DNA from: Bacteroidota bacterium
GTDB lineage: Bacteria > Bacteroidota > Bacteroidia > UBA4408
Direction of reading: 5' to 3'
Assembly (NCBI GenBank): GCA_963169745.1
Contig: CAUJCU010000015.1
Location: 146,005 to 210,004, forward strand
DNA: 64,000 nucleotides
Below the pieces are notes generated by a model, which saw only the letters and a list, made by a program, of their open reading frames with translations, ran no database searches and had not been told where the DNA came from. Below, in pieces: positions 1 to 9,713 of the stretch (position 1 is the first letter of the stretch; each line of letters opens with the position of its first letter). The translations under genes and the position numbers were made by a program.

Positions 1-1
1 A

Positions 2-580
2 GTATGGTTAGGAAAATACAGTCATGGCATTGATATTCGAGACTTTGGCAGTGGAAATGCTGGAGCTACTAATACTTTTCGAATTTTTGGAAAAAAAATG
101 GGCATAATAGTGTTGATTGTAGATATATTGAAAGGGTGGATTGCTGTAAAGCTATTTTACGTATTGTATGAGAGCGGGCAAAATATGGATGAATTATTTA
201 ATTTAAAAATTCGCTTAGGAATAGCCGCTCTATTAGGCCATGTTTTTCCCATATATGTTGGCTTTAAAGGCGGCAAAGGGGTGGCTACTCTTTTAGGCAT
301 TATTCTGGCCCTAAATCATCAGGCTGCTTTGGTATCAATAGGTGTGTTTTTATTAGTATTGCTAACTACACATTATGTTTCTTTAAGTTCTATGATTGCC
401 GGTTTGTTTTTTCCGGTGGTGGTTATGGTTATATTTAAAACAACCCAACCAATTATGGTTGTTTTTTCATTAATGATTAGTGTTGCAGTAATTATAACAC
501 ATCAGAAAAATATAGAACGCTTATTAAAAAATAAAGAAAGCAGAGCGCAACTATTTAAAAAAAAGAAAAACGTTGACTAA
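2..580 (+). CDS. plsY: glycerol-3-phosphate acyltransferase PlsY (5' end cut by window edge)
   Basis: Frame-2 translation from the first base reads ...DFGSGNAGATNTFRIFGKKMGIIVLIVDILKGWIAVKL..., i.e. the GSGNxGATN and DxLKG signatures of PlsY. The rest is a polytopic membrane protein of the expected size. The listed ORF (98..580) is just the first in-frame Met. Confidence 0.8.
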   Translation, partial: VWLGKYSHGIDIRDFGSGNAGATNTFRIFGKKMGIIVLIVDILKGWIAVKLFYVLYESGQNMDELFNLKIRLGIAALLGHVFPIYVGFKGGKGVATLLGIILALNHQAALVSIGVFLLVLLTTHYVSLSSMIAGLFFPVVVMVIFKTTQPIMVVFSLMISVAVIITHQKNIERLLKNKESRAQLFKKKKNVD

Positions 581-634
581 AGAAATGGGTTTCGTAAATG
601 AAAATAAAGCAAAATATTAGCTAATACATAATTA

Positions 635-3600
635 ATGAAAAGAAAAACGCTGTGCTTAATATTTTCTACCGTGTTAGCTGTGTTTATTGTTAACTTTACT
701 CAAGCCCAGACTGATTTTGGTTCTGAAAAAGAACTTCGAAAACAAGCCGAAAACTATTTTAAAGATGATAAACACTCAGAAGCCTTACCTCTTTTTTCAC
801 AGTTATTGAGCTTATATCCCAAAGACCCCAATTATAATTATAAGTATGGGGTTTGCCTCTTATTTGCTAAAGCCGATAAAGAGAAGCCCTTGGCATACTT
901 AACTTTCGCTTTGGGGAAAGAAGGGGTTGATGATGATATTTATTATTATTTGGGAAAGGCGTACCACTTAAATTATCGATTTGATGATGCCATAGTACAA
1001 TATCAGCTATTCAAGCAAAAGAAAAGCAGAAGTTCAACTAAATTAGAAGTTGATTTGCAGATAAAACAGTGTGAAAATGGAAAGCTGTTACTTAAAAATA
1101 TTACTGATTTAACAGTAATTGACCGTAAAGAAATGAATAGTTCTGAATATTTCAGAGCTTATGATCTTACACAAATTGGGGCAAAACTAGTTGTAAAACC
1201 AGATGAACTTAAGACACCTTTTGACATCAAGAAAAAAGAACAATCTAATGTAGTTATTCGTCAAACCAGTCAGGAAATTTACTTTAGTAGTTATGGAAAT
1301 GACGGCAAGAATGGTCGTGATATATACAAGGTAACCAAGCTACCAAATTTCACATGGGGAAAGCCTGAAAATATTGGAGCAATAGTTAATACCCCGTATG
1401 ACGAGGATTTTCCTTATATCACACCAGATGGAAAGACCTTGTATTTTTGTAGCAAAGGGCATAATAGTATGGGGGGCTACGATGTGTTTCGTTCAGAATT
1501 ACAGCCATCAGGAGCATGGGGGAAGCCCCAAAATCTTGATTTTGCCATTAATACCCCCGATGATGACATTCAGTTTGTAACTGAGGCAGAGAGTGATTTT
1601 GCCTATTTCTCATCTAAAAGAAATAGTCCGGAAGGGAAAATTACCGTTTTCAAAATCAGAACGGTACGCGTTCCGGTAACGATTGCTGCCATAAGTGGTA
1701 AGTTTTATAATGATGACGATCCGAAAAGCAAAAAAGCAAAAATTTCAATTCGTAACATTCAAACAGGAAAATTTTTGGGAGTTTTTGCCAGTTCTGAAAA
1801 AGATGGTGCCTATAGGTTAAATTTAAACAATGGTACAAAGTACGAATATACGGTTGAGCAACCAGGATTACCGCCTCTTACACAAACAGTAGAAATACCG
1901 CCTTTAAAAGAGTTAAGACCTCTAAAACAAGAAATTCATTTGAAAAAGAATGATGGTTCTGCAAGTATGGTAATCTATAACTTTTTTAGCGATACTTTAG
2001 AAAATAACGCACTAGCTACGGCTGAATTGTTTAAAGAGAAAGCCAACTTGGAAGTAAATTATGAAGAGCAAATTCAAGCCGGAATAATTACAGAGGCTAT
2101 GACCAAGTCGCCTCCTGTGGTTGATAACAAAGTACTATCAAATAGAAATGCATATCAGGAAAGTACAGACTCAAGCAATGAGGTAAAAGATACAAGCAAC
2201 TCACTTGCTAATAACCATATAACTAATCAAGTAACTACCGATAAGAAAACCTCTATAACCAAGGAGCCCAACTCTGAAAACAAAAATAACAAGACATCAA
2301 AAACAGGAATAAATAACAATGAATTGTTAGCTATTGCCTTTGAAGATACTAAAGACACTCAAAAAGAAGCAGACGATTTAAGAGATAAAAGCAGACAAGC
2401 ATATTCCTTTGCTCATATAAAAAACAATGCGGCACTAAAAAAGCAAAAAGAAGCTGAAGATAAAGAAGAGTTAGCCGAAAACCGGACTAACCCAAAGGAA
2501 AGACAACAACAACTTGAGGAGGCCGATAATTTGAAAAAGGAGGCCGAACCTCTTCGCCAGCAAGCTGTTGTTGCTTACAATTTAGCAAAAAGTTTAGAGA
2601 GTGAAGCCGATAGTAAGCAAATAGAAGCCCGCCAGGCCGAACAGTATGCGCAAGACTTAGAAAAAGCCATTCAATCTAACTCAGCTGAGGCTATATTAAA
2701 CCTGGAGAAACAAAATAAGGAGCTTGAAAAAAATGACACAACTAAGAAAAATAGCGAATATGATAACTTAATGGCTTTGGCTGATCAAAAAAATAATGAA
2801 ACGCAACAAAAAGAACAGGAAAAAGAAAAAGTAAAATTGCAAATTGAAGAGTCGCTTCTTGAAGAAAAGAAAACAAGAGAGTTAGTCTTAAAAACAAATG
2901 ATGAAAAGGCGAAAGAACAGTACGATAGTCGTATTAGTGCTATTTTAGTAGAAAGAAAAGATAAAGAGACCACTTTGACTGCTATCGAAAATGAAATAAC
3001 CCGATTAAAAAGAGAAACCGAAAATATTACCGAAGAAGCACAAATTAATAAGCAAATATTAGCCGAAATTTCGAGTGGTAACAGTACAACATACACTCAA
3101 CTTGGGCAAGCAGAATTAAAAGCATTAGACAACCACTTGGGGGCAGAACAACAGCATAAACAAACCGGATCCCAGGTAACCCAAGTGTCACAAAAAAACA
3201 CGCCTAATAATTCAACTCCTAAAGAACCAATCACGGCTCCTTCGCTATCTAAATTAGAACAACCTGAAAACTACGAGATATATAAAAACTCTAAAGATGA
3301 AAACCAAAGAGAAAAACTTCTTGCCGAAGCGTTAATGTTCAACAACCGAGCTGACTCCATTTCCGATTTGCTGAAAACAACTTCAGAGGTGTCTGAAAAT
3401 GAGGCATTAACTATAAAGCAAAAACAATTTGAAAATATTGCAGCAAGCAAACAAGTAGCAGCCGGAATAATTTCTTACAATATATTACAGAAAGAATACG
3501 ATGCTAATAGAGATGCTTTATTGCGTAAACAAAAAGAATTACAAGAGTCAGATTTGGCCAACTTTAACAATAGCTTAAGCCAAATTGAAAATGATTATCA

Positions 3601-6600
3601 AAAAGCTGTTGATAGTAAAGAGGCAGCTCTTGCTATAACAAATACTAAAGAGCAACAAGAAGCCTTGAATGTTACTTTAAACACTCAAAATGTCGCTTTA
3701 GTGCGTCAAAGGCAATTACTGGAGCAAGCCAATAGCAGCATTATCCTAAATAAAGGTGAAACCAAAATAGCTCAAGACTTTAAAGGTTTTGAGAAAGATA
3801 GAAATATTAATGCAACTGAGGCGGTAAATAGCCTTAGACCCGATTATTTGAATTATAACTCAACGGTAAAGTTAAGCCCAGAAGAGGCTAACGAACTAAG
3901 AAAGAGTAAAGAATTTATAGAGTTTAGTACACTGATTAAACAAGCTAAAACGTATGAGGAAAATGCAGACAAAAAAGCTATTTCCTATAACACCATAAAA
4001 GAAGAAGGACAAAATAAAATTATTGAGTCTCAACAATTAATAGACTTGGCAGCAGAGGAGAAGAAGAAGGCCAAAAAACAAGCTATGGTAGAGGAAGCAG
4101 TAAGAATAGATAATGAAGGGCAAAATCAACTTGCAATGGCCGATACGGTTAAAATTCAGGCACAAAAAGAAATGCTGAAAGCTGTTGCAGTTAAGGAAGA
4201 AGCTGACAAATACATTGCTGCAATTGAAAAGGAGAGAGCAAATAAAATACTAGCATTATTTAATAATCAAATTGAAGAAAAGCAAGTAACAGAAACAAGA
4301 ACATCTTCTGTTGAAAGCAAGGAAAAAGAACCTCTTACTGTAGATATTACGAAAACATCACAACAAACAAGTTCTACAAATACAAATTCTACGCAACAAA
4401 CTATAGTAACTGCTCCAAAATCTCAGGAAACAACTCCTCCGGAAACAGCAAATCAACTTAAGAATAACAATAATAATAGTACACCTTCTGATATCCAGTC
4501 GGTTCAAATAAAAACTAAAGACCAAATATTGACTGAAATTAAGTCAGATAATGACTATAAAGCATATGCCCAAATAAAAGATGAATCTGAGACCCTTAAA
4601 AAGGCTTCACAGCGTAAAAAATTAGAGGCAGATTCTGCTAGAATACAGGCCGAAAGGGAAGCTATTAACAGCAACGACTTATTTGAATTTGCTGCTGCAC
4701 AACCAAAGAAAAAAGATAGAAAAGAGGCACAGTTAAAAGCAGAGCAATTAGACAAACAAGCTAAAGAAACGGCCTTTAGAGCAGACTCGCTTCAAAATGC
4801 AGCTACTGTTATGGAAAATCAGGCTCAGAGCAAGCAAAACGAAGCAGATGATTTTCTAAGAAAGTTTGATGAAATGAAGTCAAAGAAACTGCTTATGGCA
4901 TATAACAATACAGTCCCCGAAGAATTACTTAAAACGGAGACACCAATCATAGCTACAAAAGACATCAATCAAAATAAAGAAACTTTAATATCTCCAGATT
5001 TTCAAAAAAGCACCCAACAAAAGCAAGATACACTGTCAGTACCTACTAAACCGAAGCAGCCAAGTGTGAAAACTACTCCCGAGTACAACACTTATTTAAG
5101 CTTAAAACAAGAAACTGAAAAGGCCGATGAAACTGCTAAAAAATGGAAACAAACTGTAGATTCATTAAAAACACTAAGTGACGAAAAAGAAGATGCTTCA
5201 AATGCAAAATTAGAAGAAGTAGCAGGTCTTAATAAGAAAAAAAGAAAGCCTCTGGTAAAAGAAGCGGCTGATTTGGATTATCAATCTCAGGTTTTAAACA
5301 GACAAGCAGATTCTTTAAATACATTTGTTAACGAAGCAAACAAAATTGCCAAAGAGAAAAAAGCAGCAGAATCATCCTATATAAATGGCTTGGATAAGCA
5401 GTTGTCATTAAGAATAATGCGAGCTATAGAAGGTATTCCAGAACCTGAGGAGCGTATAGACACCAGCCGTATTCTGGCTCATACCCCACAAAATATTAGC
5501 ACATCATCTAAAGAGTCTTTTGTGGCACCAACAAAAACAAGTACTTCTAATGTATCTTTTACAACAAGAGGCATAACAGGGGCTCAGCCACATACTGCAC
5601 GAAACCCTATAAAAATGAATCCCCAAATGCCTGATGGTCTTGTATTTAAAGTTCAAATAGGTGCTTTCAATCGTCCGGTAGCTGATAACGCTTTTGGTAC
5701 CATAAGTCCGGTAACGGGCGAAACCATAGCCGGAAGTAACTTAATACGTTATACGGCTGGGTTATTTAATAATTTTAATGACGCTGCTGAAGCCCGTAAA
5801 GAGCTGAACCAATTAAATTATAAAGATGCCTTTGTTGTAGCCTACTGTTATGGAGTCAGAATCAGCGTTTCCGAAGCCCGAACCCTTGGAGCTGCTGGAA
5901 AAGATTGTAAAACCAATACACTACTAACACCAGATCAAAAAAGTGAATTGGCAGCACAGTTTAATACTTCTACATCTTCAAATTTGAATTCTGATCTATC
6001 TAAGGAGAGTCTAATTAGAGCATCACAGGCTAACATAAACCCTCCTTCGCAAATAAAAATAGGAGAACTATTACCTCAACAAGATTTAGAAACTATAAAA
6101 GGGTTACTTTATACCGTTCAAGTGGGCGTTTATAGCAAACCCGTAAAAGCCGGACAGCTATATAATATTACACCATTGTATTTTGAATTAAATCAAAAAG
6201 GACAATACCGATACACCAGTGGAATTTTTAATGAATTAAAAGAAGCTTTAAAAGCCAAAGATGTTATTGTGCAAATAGGTGTATCTGATGCCTTTGTTTC
6301 GGCTTATGTAAACGGAAAACGAATACCTATGGAAGAGGCAGCGGCTATGGAACTCCAGAAGGGGAAAACAGTTTTTGCTCAAGTTCCGGGTGTCAATGTG
6401 CAACCAAAAATAATTCCTATGGACAATACTGCTATTACATCGGAAATTACCATGCAAACGTCTCAAACAAAAGAGACCGAGATACTTAATAAAGCAGCAA
6501 ATATTGTTTATAAGGTGCAGTTGGGAGCTTTTAGAAAAGAAGTTTCTGTTGAGATTATGAACAAATTTTTAAGTATTGCCGATAAAGGAATAGCCAACTA

Positions 6601-6772
6601 TAAGAATGGAGATTTAACGATTTATACACTCGGTAATTTTAGTAGCATTACAGATGCTGAAAAATTAAGGGCTGAGGTTATTGCCTTAGGAATTACTGAC
6701 GCCTTTATTGTTGCCTTTAACAAAGGACAAAAAATAACAATTGAGGAAGCTAAGAGTATGGGTGGAAACTAA
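635..6772 (+). CDS. giant secreted envelope protein: signal peptide, TPR-like region, TolB/PD40-like beta-propeller, CarboxypepD_reg-like domain, ~1100-aa K/E/Q-rich coiled-coil spacer, 3 C-terminal SPOR domains
   Basis: Single 2045-aa ORF with an N-terminal signal peptide (MKRKTLCLIFSTVLAVFIVNFTQAQ). There are TPR-like YYYLGKAYHLNYRFDDAIVQYQLF motifs. PD40/TolB blades follow (IYFSSYGNDGKNGRDIYKV; PDGKTLYFCSKGHNSMGGYDVFRS; INTPDDDIQF). Then comes a very long low-complexity helical region. Three SPOR-type repeats follow (FKVQIGAFNRP..., YTVQVGVYSKP..., YKVQLGAFRKE...). The N-terminal ~430 aa are clearly paralogous to CDS 20454..22529. Confidence 0.85.
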   Translation: MKRKTLCLIFSTVLAVFIVNFTQAQTDFGSEKELRKQAENYFKDDKHSEALPLFSQLLSLYPKDPNYNYKYGVCLLFAKADKEKPLAYLTFALGKEGVDDDIYYYLGKAYHLNYRFDDAIVQYQLFKQKKSRSSTKLEVDLQIKQCENGKLLLKNITDLTVIDRKEMNSSEYFRAYDLTQIGAKLVVKPDELKTPFDIKKKEQSNVVIRQTSQEIYFSSYGNDGKNGRDIYKVTKLPNFTWGKPENIGAIVNTPYDEDFPYITPDGKTLYFCSKGHNSMGGYDVFRSELQPSGAWGKPQNLDFAINTPDDDIQFVTEAESDFAYFSSKRNSPEGKITVFKIRTVRVPVTIAAISGKFYNDDDPKSKKAKISIRNIQTGKFLGVFASSEKDGAYRLNLNNGTKYEYTVEQPGLPPLTQTVEIPPLKELRPLKQEIHLKKNDGSASMVIYNFFSDTLENNALATAELFKEKANLEVNYEEQIQAGIITEAMTKSPPVVDNKVLSNRNAYQESTDSSNEVKDTSNSLANNHITNQVTTDKKTSITKEPNSENKNNKTSKTGINNNELLAIAFEDTKDTQKEADDLRDKSRQAYSFAHIKNNAALKKQKEAEDKEELAENRTNPKERQQQLEEADNLKKEAEPLRQQAVVAYNLAKSLESEADSKQIEARQAEQYAQDLEKAIQSNSAEAILNLEKQNKELEKNDTTKKNSEYDNLMALADQKNNETQQKEQEKEKVKLQIEESLLEEKKTRELVLKTNDEKAKEQYDSRISAILVERKDKETTLTAIENEITRLKRETENITEEAQINKQILAEISSGNSTTYTQLGQAELKALDNHLGAEQQHKQTGSQVTQVSQKNTPNNSTPKEPITAPSLSKLEQPENYEIYKNSKDENQREKLLAEALMFNNRADSISDLLKTTSEVSENEALTIKQKQFENIAASKQVAAGIISYNILQKEYDANRDALLRKQKELQESDLANFNNSLSQIENDYQKAVDSKEAALAITNTKEQQEALNVTLNTQNVALVRQRQLLEQANSSIILNKGETKIAQDFKGFEKDRNINATEAVNSLRPDYLNYNSTVKLSPEEANELRKSKEFIEFSTLIKQAKTYEENADKKAISYNTIKEEGQNKIIESQQLIDLAAEEKKKAKKQAMVEEAVRIDNEGQNQLAMADTVKIQAQKEMLKAVAVKEEADKYIAAIEKERANKILALFNNQIEEKQVTETRTSSVESKEKEPLTVDITKTSQQTSSTNTNSTQQTIVTAPKSQETTPPETANQLKNNNNNSTPSDIQSVQIKTKDQILTEIKSDNDYKAYAQIKDESETLKKASQRKKLEADSARIQAEREAINSNDLFEFAAAQPKKKDRKEAQLKAEQLDKQAKETAFRADSLQNAATVMENQAQSKQNEADDFLRKFDEMKSKKLLMAYNNTVPEELLKTETPIIATKDINQNKETLISPDFQKSTQQKQDTLSVPTKPKQPSVKTTPEYNTYLSLKQETEKADETAKKWKQTVDSLKTLSDEKEDASNAKLEEVAGLNKKKRKPLVKEAADLDYQSQVLNRQADSLNTFVNEANKIAKEKKAAESSYINGLDKQLSLRIMRAIEGIPEPEERIDTSRILAHTPQNISTSSKESFVAPTKTSTSNVSFTTRGITGAQPHTARNPIKMNPQMPDGLVFKVQIGAFNRPVADNAFGTISPVTGETIAGSNLIRYTAGLFNNFNDAAEARKELNQLNYKDAFVVAYCYGVRISVSEARTLGAAGKDCKTNTLLTPDQKSELAAQFNTSTSSNLNSDLSKESLIRASQANINPPSQIKIGELLPQQDLETIKGLLYTVQVGVYSKPVKAGQLYNITPLYFELNQKGQYRYTSGIFNELKEALKAKDVIVQIGVSDAFVSAYVNGKRIPMEEAAAMELQKGKTVFAQVPGVNVQPKIIPMDNTAITSEITMQTSQTKETEILNKAANIVYKVQLGAFRKEVSVEIMNKFLSIADKGIANYKNGDLTIYTLGNFSSITDAEKLRAEVIALGITDAFIVAFNKGQKITIEEAKSMGGN
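5641..6760 (+). repeat. three tandem SPOR (sporulation-related repeat, septal peptidoglycan-binding) domain units inside the 635..6772 CDS
   Basis: Protein-level triplication of a ~80-aa unit beginning VQIGAF / VQVGVY / VQLGAF with the downstream YR/YT, GxF and DAF motifs typical of SPOR domains. DNA starts near 5641, 6110 and 6508. Confidence 0.6.
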
Positions 6773-6819
6773 CACTATCTTTGCAACAAAAAACATTAAA
6801 CCGGTAGCTGAAAATAAAT

Positions 6820-7674
6820 ATGACTTACGCAGAGTTGAAATTACTTTGGCGCAACAAGTTGAGCGCTGTTTATGATGAAGATGAATGTGACAATCTATTT
6901 TATTTAACGTGCTATTTTTTAAAAGAATGGGGACGCTCAAGAGTGCTTTTTGAAAAAGACACTGTTTTGAATCAAGACGACAAAAAGCACTTTAATGAAA
7001 TATTAAAATCTCTGGTTACCAATAAGCCTATACAATACATTTTTGGTGAAACAGAGTTTTACGGCCTTAAATTTAAGATAGATGACGATGTGCTTATTCC
7101 AAGACCAGAAACAGAAGAGTTGGTTGATTGGGTTGTAAAAGATTATATGGGAAAACGTAATATTAAGTTTTTAGATATAGGTACAGGTAGTGGCTGTATT
7201 GCGGTTTCTTTAGCCAAAAATATGATTCACCCAGAGGCATACGCAATGGATATTATGCCACAGGCCCTAACCGTGGCCGAGATAAATGCCAGAGAACTAA
7301 ATGTAAACTTAAACTTACTTAAAGCTGATATTTTTGAACTGGCCGATGTCGTTGTTGACGAACAATTTGATTTAATTATAAGCAATCCGCCCTATATCTT
7401 AGAGTCAGAGTCTGCTACTATGCATCCTAATGTGTTGTTTTTTGAACCCCATTCTGCTTTGTTTGTAACCAATAACGACCCTTTACAGTTTTATAAATCT
7501 ATTGCAGATTTTGCACTACTAAATTTAAAGAACGGAGGATGGTTGTATTTTGAAACACATGAAATTTACAATGAAAAAGTAAAACAATTATTAGAAAGCA
7601 AAGGCTTTTTTAAGGTAGAAATAAAAAAAGATTTACAAAATAAACCCAGGTTTATTAAAGCTTTATTACAGTAA
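6820..7674 (+). CDS. prmC: peptide chain release factor N(5)-glutamine methyltransferase (PrmC/HemK)
   Basis: Class I SAM-MTase motifs (LDIGTGSGCIAVSLA) and the N5-glutamine MTase NPPY motif (ISNPPYI); 284 aa. Confidence 0.85.
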   Translation: MTYAELKLLWRNKLSAVYDEDECDNLFYLTCYFLKEWGRSRVLFEKDTVLNQDDKKHFNEILKSLVTNKPIQYIFGETEFYGLKFKIDDDVLIPRPETEELVDWVVKDYMGKRNIKFLDIGTGSGCIAVSLAKNMIHPEAYAMDIMPQALTVAEINARELNVNLNLLKADIFELADVVVDEQFDLIISNPPYILESESATMHPNVLFFEPHSALFVTNNDPLQFYKSIADFALLNLKNGGWLYFETHEIYNEKVKQLLESKGFFKVEIKKDLQNKPRFIKALLQ

Positions 7675-7693
7675 TCTATAGCGGTAAAATGGA

Positions 7694-9703
7694 TTGAAGA
7701 AAAATCGGATAATATTTGCTTTATTATTAGTCACTATTGGTGTTATATTTTTTAGTGTTGAATGCCAATCTCCTAAAAAACAAAATGGCAGCGAAAATTT
7801 GGAAACACCTCATTATCTAAATCATGCTGATTCTGCCCGTTATGTAGGTATCAACGCTTGTAAAACATGCCATTATGAAATTTACACATCGTTTATTGAA
7901 ACCGGCATGGGGCAGTCGTTTGATATTGCTAGTAAAAAGAAGAGTGCTGCTTTATTTGGACCAAGTAATGTAATTTACGATTCTTATTCAGATTTTTATT
8001 ACCATCCTTATTTTTCTGGAGATACTATGAAAATATTGGAATTCCGTATCAATGGTAAAGATACTGTTTACAAGCGTACCGAAACGGTAAACTATATTAT
8101 TGGTTCGGGGCAACATACCAATTCACACATGATGATTCGAGATGGTTTTGTTACCCAAATGCCAATGACCTTTTATACCCAAAAAAAACAATGGGATTTA
8201 CCCCCCGGTTTTGAAAATGGATACAATTCACGGTTTAGCCGGAAAATTGGCTTAGAATGCATGAGCTGCCATAATTCATACCCTGATTTTGTTTTAGGAT
8301 CTGAAAACAAGTTTAATGCTATACCTCATGGAATAGGGTGTGAACGATGCCATGGACCAGGCTCTATTCATGTTGATTTAAAAACAAAAAACCAAATAGT
8401 AGATACCGCTAAAAACATTGATTACAGCATTGTGAATCCGGCTAAATTAGCACCTAATTTACAATTTGATATATGCCAAAGATGCCATCTCCAGGGAAAC
8501 ACTATTTTAAAAGATAATTATTCTTTTTACGATTTTAAACCGGGAAAAAAACTATCTGATTTTATGACTGTTTTTTTGCCTAAATTCAGCCATGCTGATG
8601 ATGAATTTATTATGGCTTCACATGCTGATAGACTCAAGCAAAGCCAATGCTTTATACAAAGTCAGAAATATGTTGACTCCTCTTCCTTAAAACCATATAA
8701 AAATACGATGACATGCGTAACTTGTCATAACCCACATAAAAGTGTAAAGTTTCAGAAAGATGAATTTTTTAATGCAAAATGCAACTCATGTCATGCCGAA
8801 AAACAAGTAGCCACTTGTTCCGAAACTAAATCGAAAATTGATTTGCAAAAGAATAATTGTGTAAGTTGCCACATGCCCAACTCCGGATCTATTGATATTC
8901 CCCATGTTACTGTTCATGATCATTATATTAGAAAACCCAAGCCTGCTACTGAACTTAAAAAGGCTAAAGAGTTCCTAGGATTGATTGCCATTAACGAGTT
9001 AAACCCTAACCATAAAACCAAAGCCCAAGCCTATATTAACCAATACGAAAAATTCGATAAAGTAGCCTATTATCTTGATTCGGCAGAAGTTTATACAAAT
9101 ATTTTACGAAAACAATCATTGACACTCTTCTTGGATGTAATTGTCCATTTGAATTTTCTAAAAGGAAACTACTCACAAATTATTGCTGATGTTGAGAAGA
9201 TTGGTCAGGTAAAACTTATTAACGACATCCTTGTCCATCCTTCTTATAACAATAAGGATGCCTGGTTGTGTTATAGAATTGGAGAAGCCTATCAAACCCA
9301 AATGGAATACACTAAAGCCATGGTTTATTATGCTCAGGCTAACAAGCTTGCACCATACTATCCAGATTTTTTAAACAAGTATGCCGGTGCCTGTCTTAAC
9401 AACAACCAATTGCCACAAGCTCAATCATTATATATAAAACTGACACAAAATTTTCCTGAATTTGCACCGGGTTTTTCAAATTTAGGTTTTATCTATTTAA
9501 CCCAAAATGATAAAGTCAATGCACATAAATACATTACCAAGGCTTTACAATTGGATCCCGATTATGAGTTGGCTCTGATGAACAAAGTAAGTCTTTTATT
9601 GTACGAAAATAACATCAAAGAAGCTCAAAAAATATTAAAGAAAATTATTAAACGAAACCCCAAACAAGAAAAAGCAAAAGAGCTTTTACTGCAGCTTCAT
9701 TAA
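7694..9703 (+). CDS. multihaem c-type cytochrome (7 CXXCH motifs) fused to C-terminal TPR repeats; N-terminal signal/anchor
   Basis: Seven haem-binding motifs read directly from the translation: CKTCH, CMSCH, CERCH, CQRCH, CVTCH, CNSCH, CVSCH. An N-terminal hydrophobic segment is present (IIFALLLVTIGVIFF). The C-terminal ~200 aa are TPR-like (AYQTQMEYTKAMVYYAQANKL..., LGFIYLTQNDKVNAHKYITKALQLDP...). Confidence 0.8.
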   Translation: MKKNRIIFALLLVTIGVIFFSVECQSPKKQNGSENLETPHYLNHADSARYVGINACKTCHYEIYTSFIETGMGQSFDIASKKKSAALFGPSNVIYDSYSDFYYHPYFSGDTMKILEFRINGKDTVYKRTETVNYIIGSGQHTNSHMMIRDGFVTQMPMTFYTQKKQWDLPPGFENGYNSRFSRKIGLECMSCHNSYPDFVLGSENKFNAIPHGIGCERCHGPGSIHVDLKTKNQIVDTAKNIDYSIVNPAKLAPNLQFDICQRCHLQGNTILKDNYSFYDFKPGKKLSDFMTVFLPKFSHADDEFIMASHADRLKQSQCFIQSQKYVDSSSLKPYKNTMTCVTCHNPHKSVKFQKDEFFNAKCNSCHAEKQVATCSETKSKIDLQKNNCVSCHMPNSGSIDIPHVTVHDHYIRKPKPATELKKAKEFLGLIAINELNPNHKTKAQAYINQYEKFDKVAYYLDSAEVYTNILRKQSLTLFLDVIVHLNFLKGNYSQIIADVEKIGQVKLINDILVHPSYNNKDAWLCYRIGEAYQTQMEYTKAMVYYAQANKLAPYYPDFLNKYAGACLNNNQLPQAQSLYIKLTQNFPEFAPGFSNLGFIYLTQNDKVNAHKYITKALQLDPDYELALMNKVSLLLYENNIKEAQKILKKIIKRNPKQEKAKELLLQLH

Positions 9704-9713
9704 AAATTAATTT

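Noticed and set aside
2785-3096. Minus-strand ORFs (2785..3096, 4555..4755, 6248..6466 etc.) inside the giant gene
   Set aside because: They are antisense to a strongly supported 6.1-kb CDS and encode low-complexity S/F/C/L-rich peptides, which are mirror-images of the K/E-rich coding strand. No independent signals.
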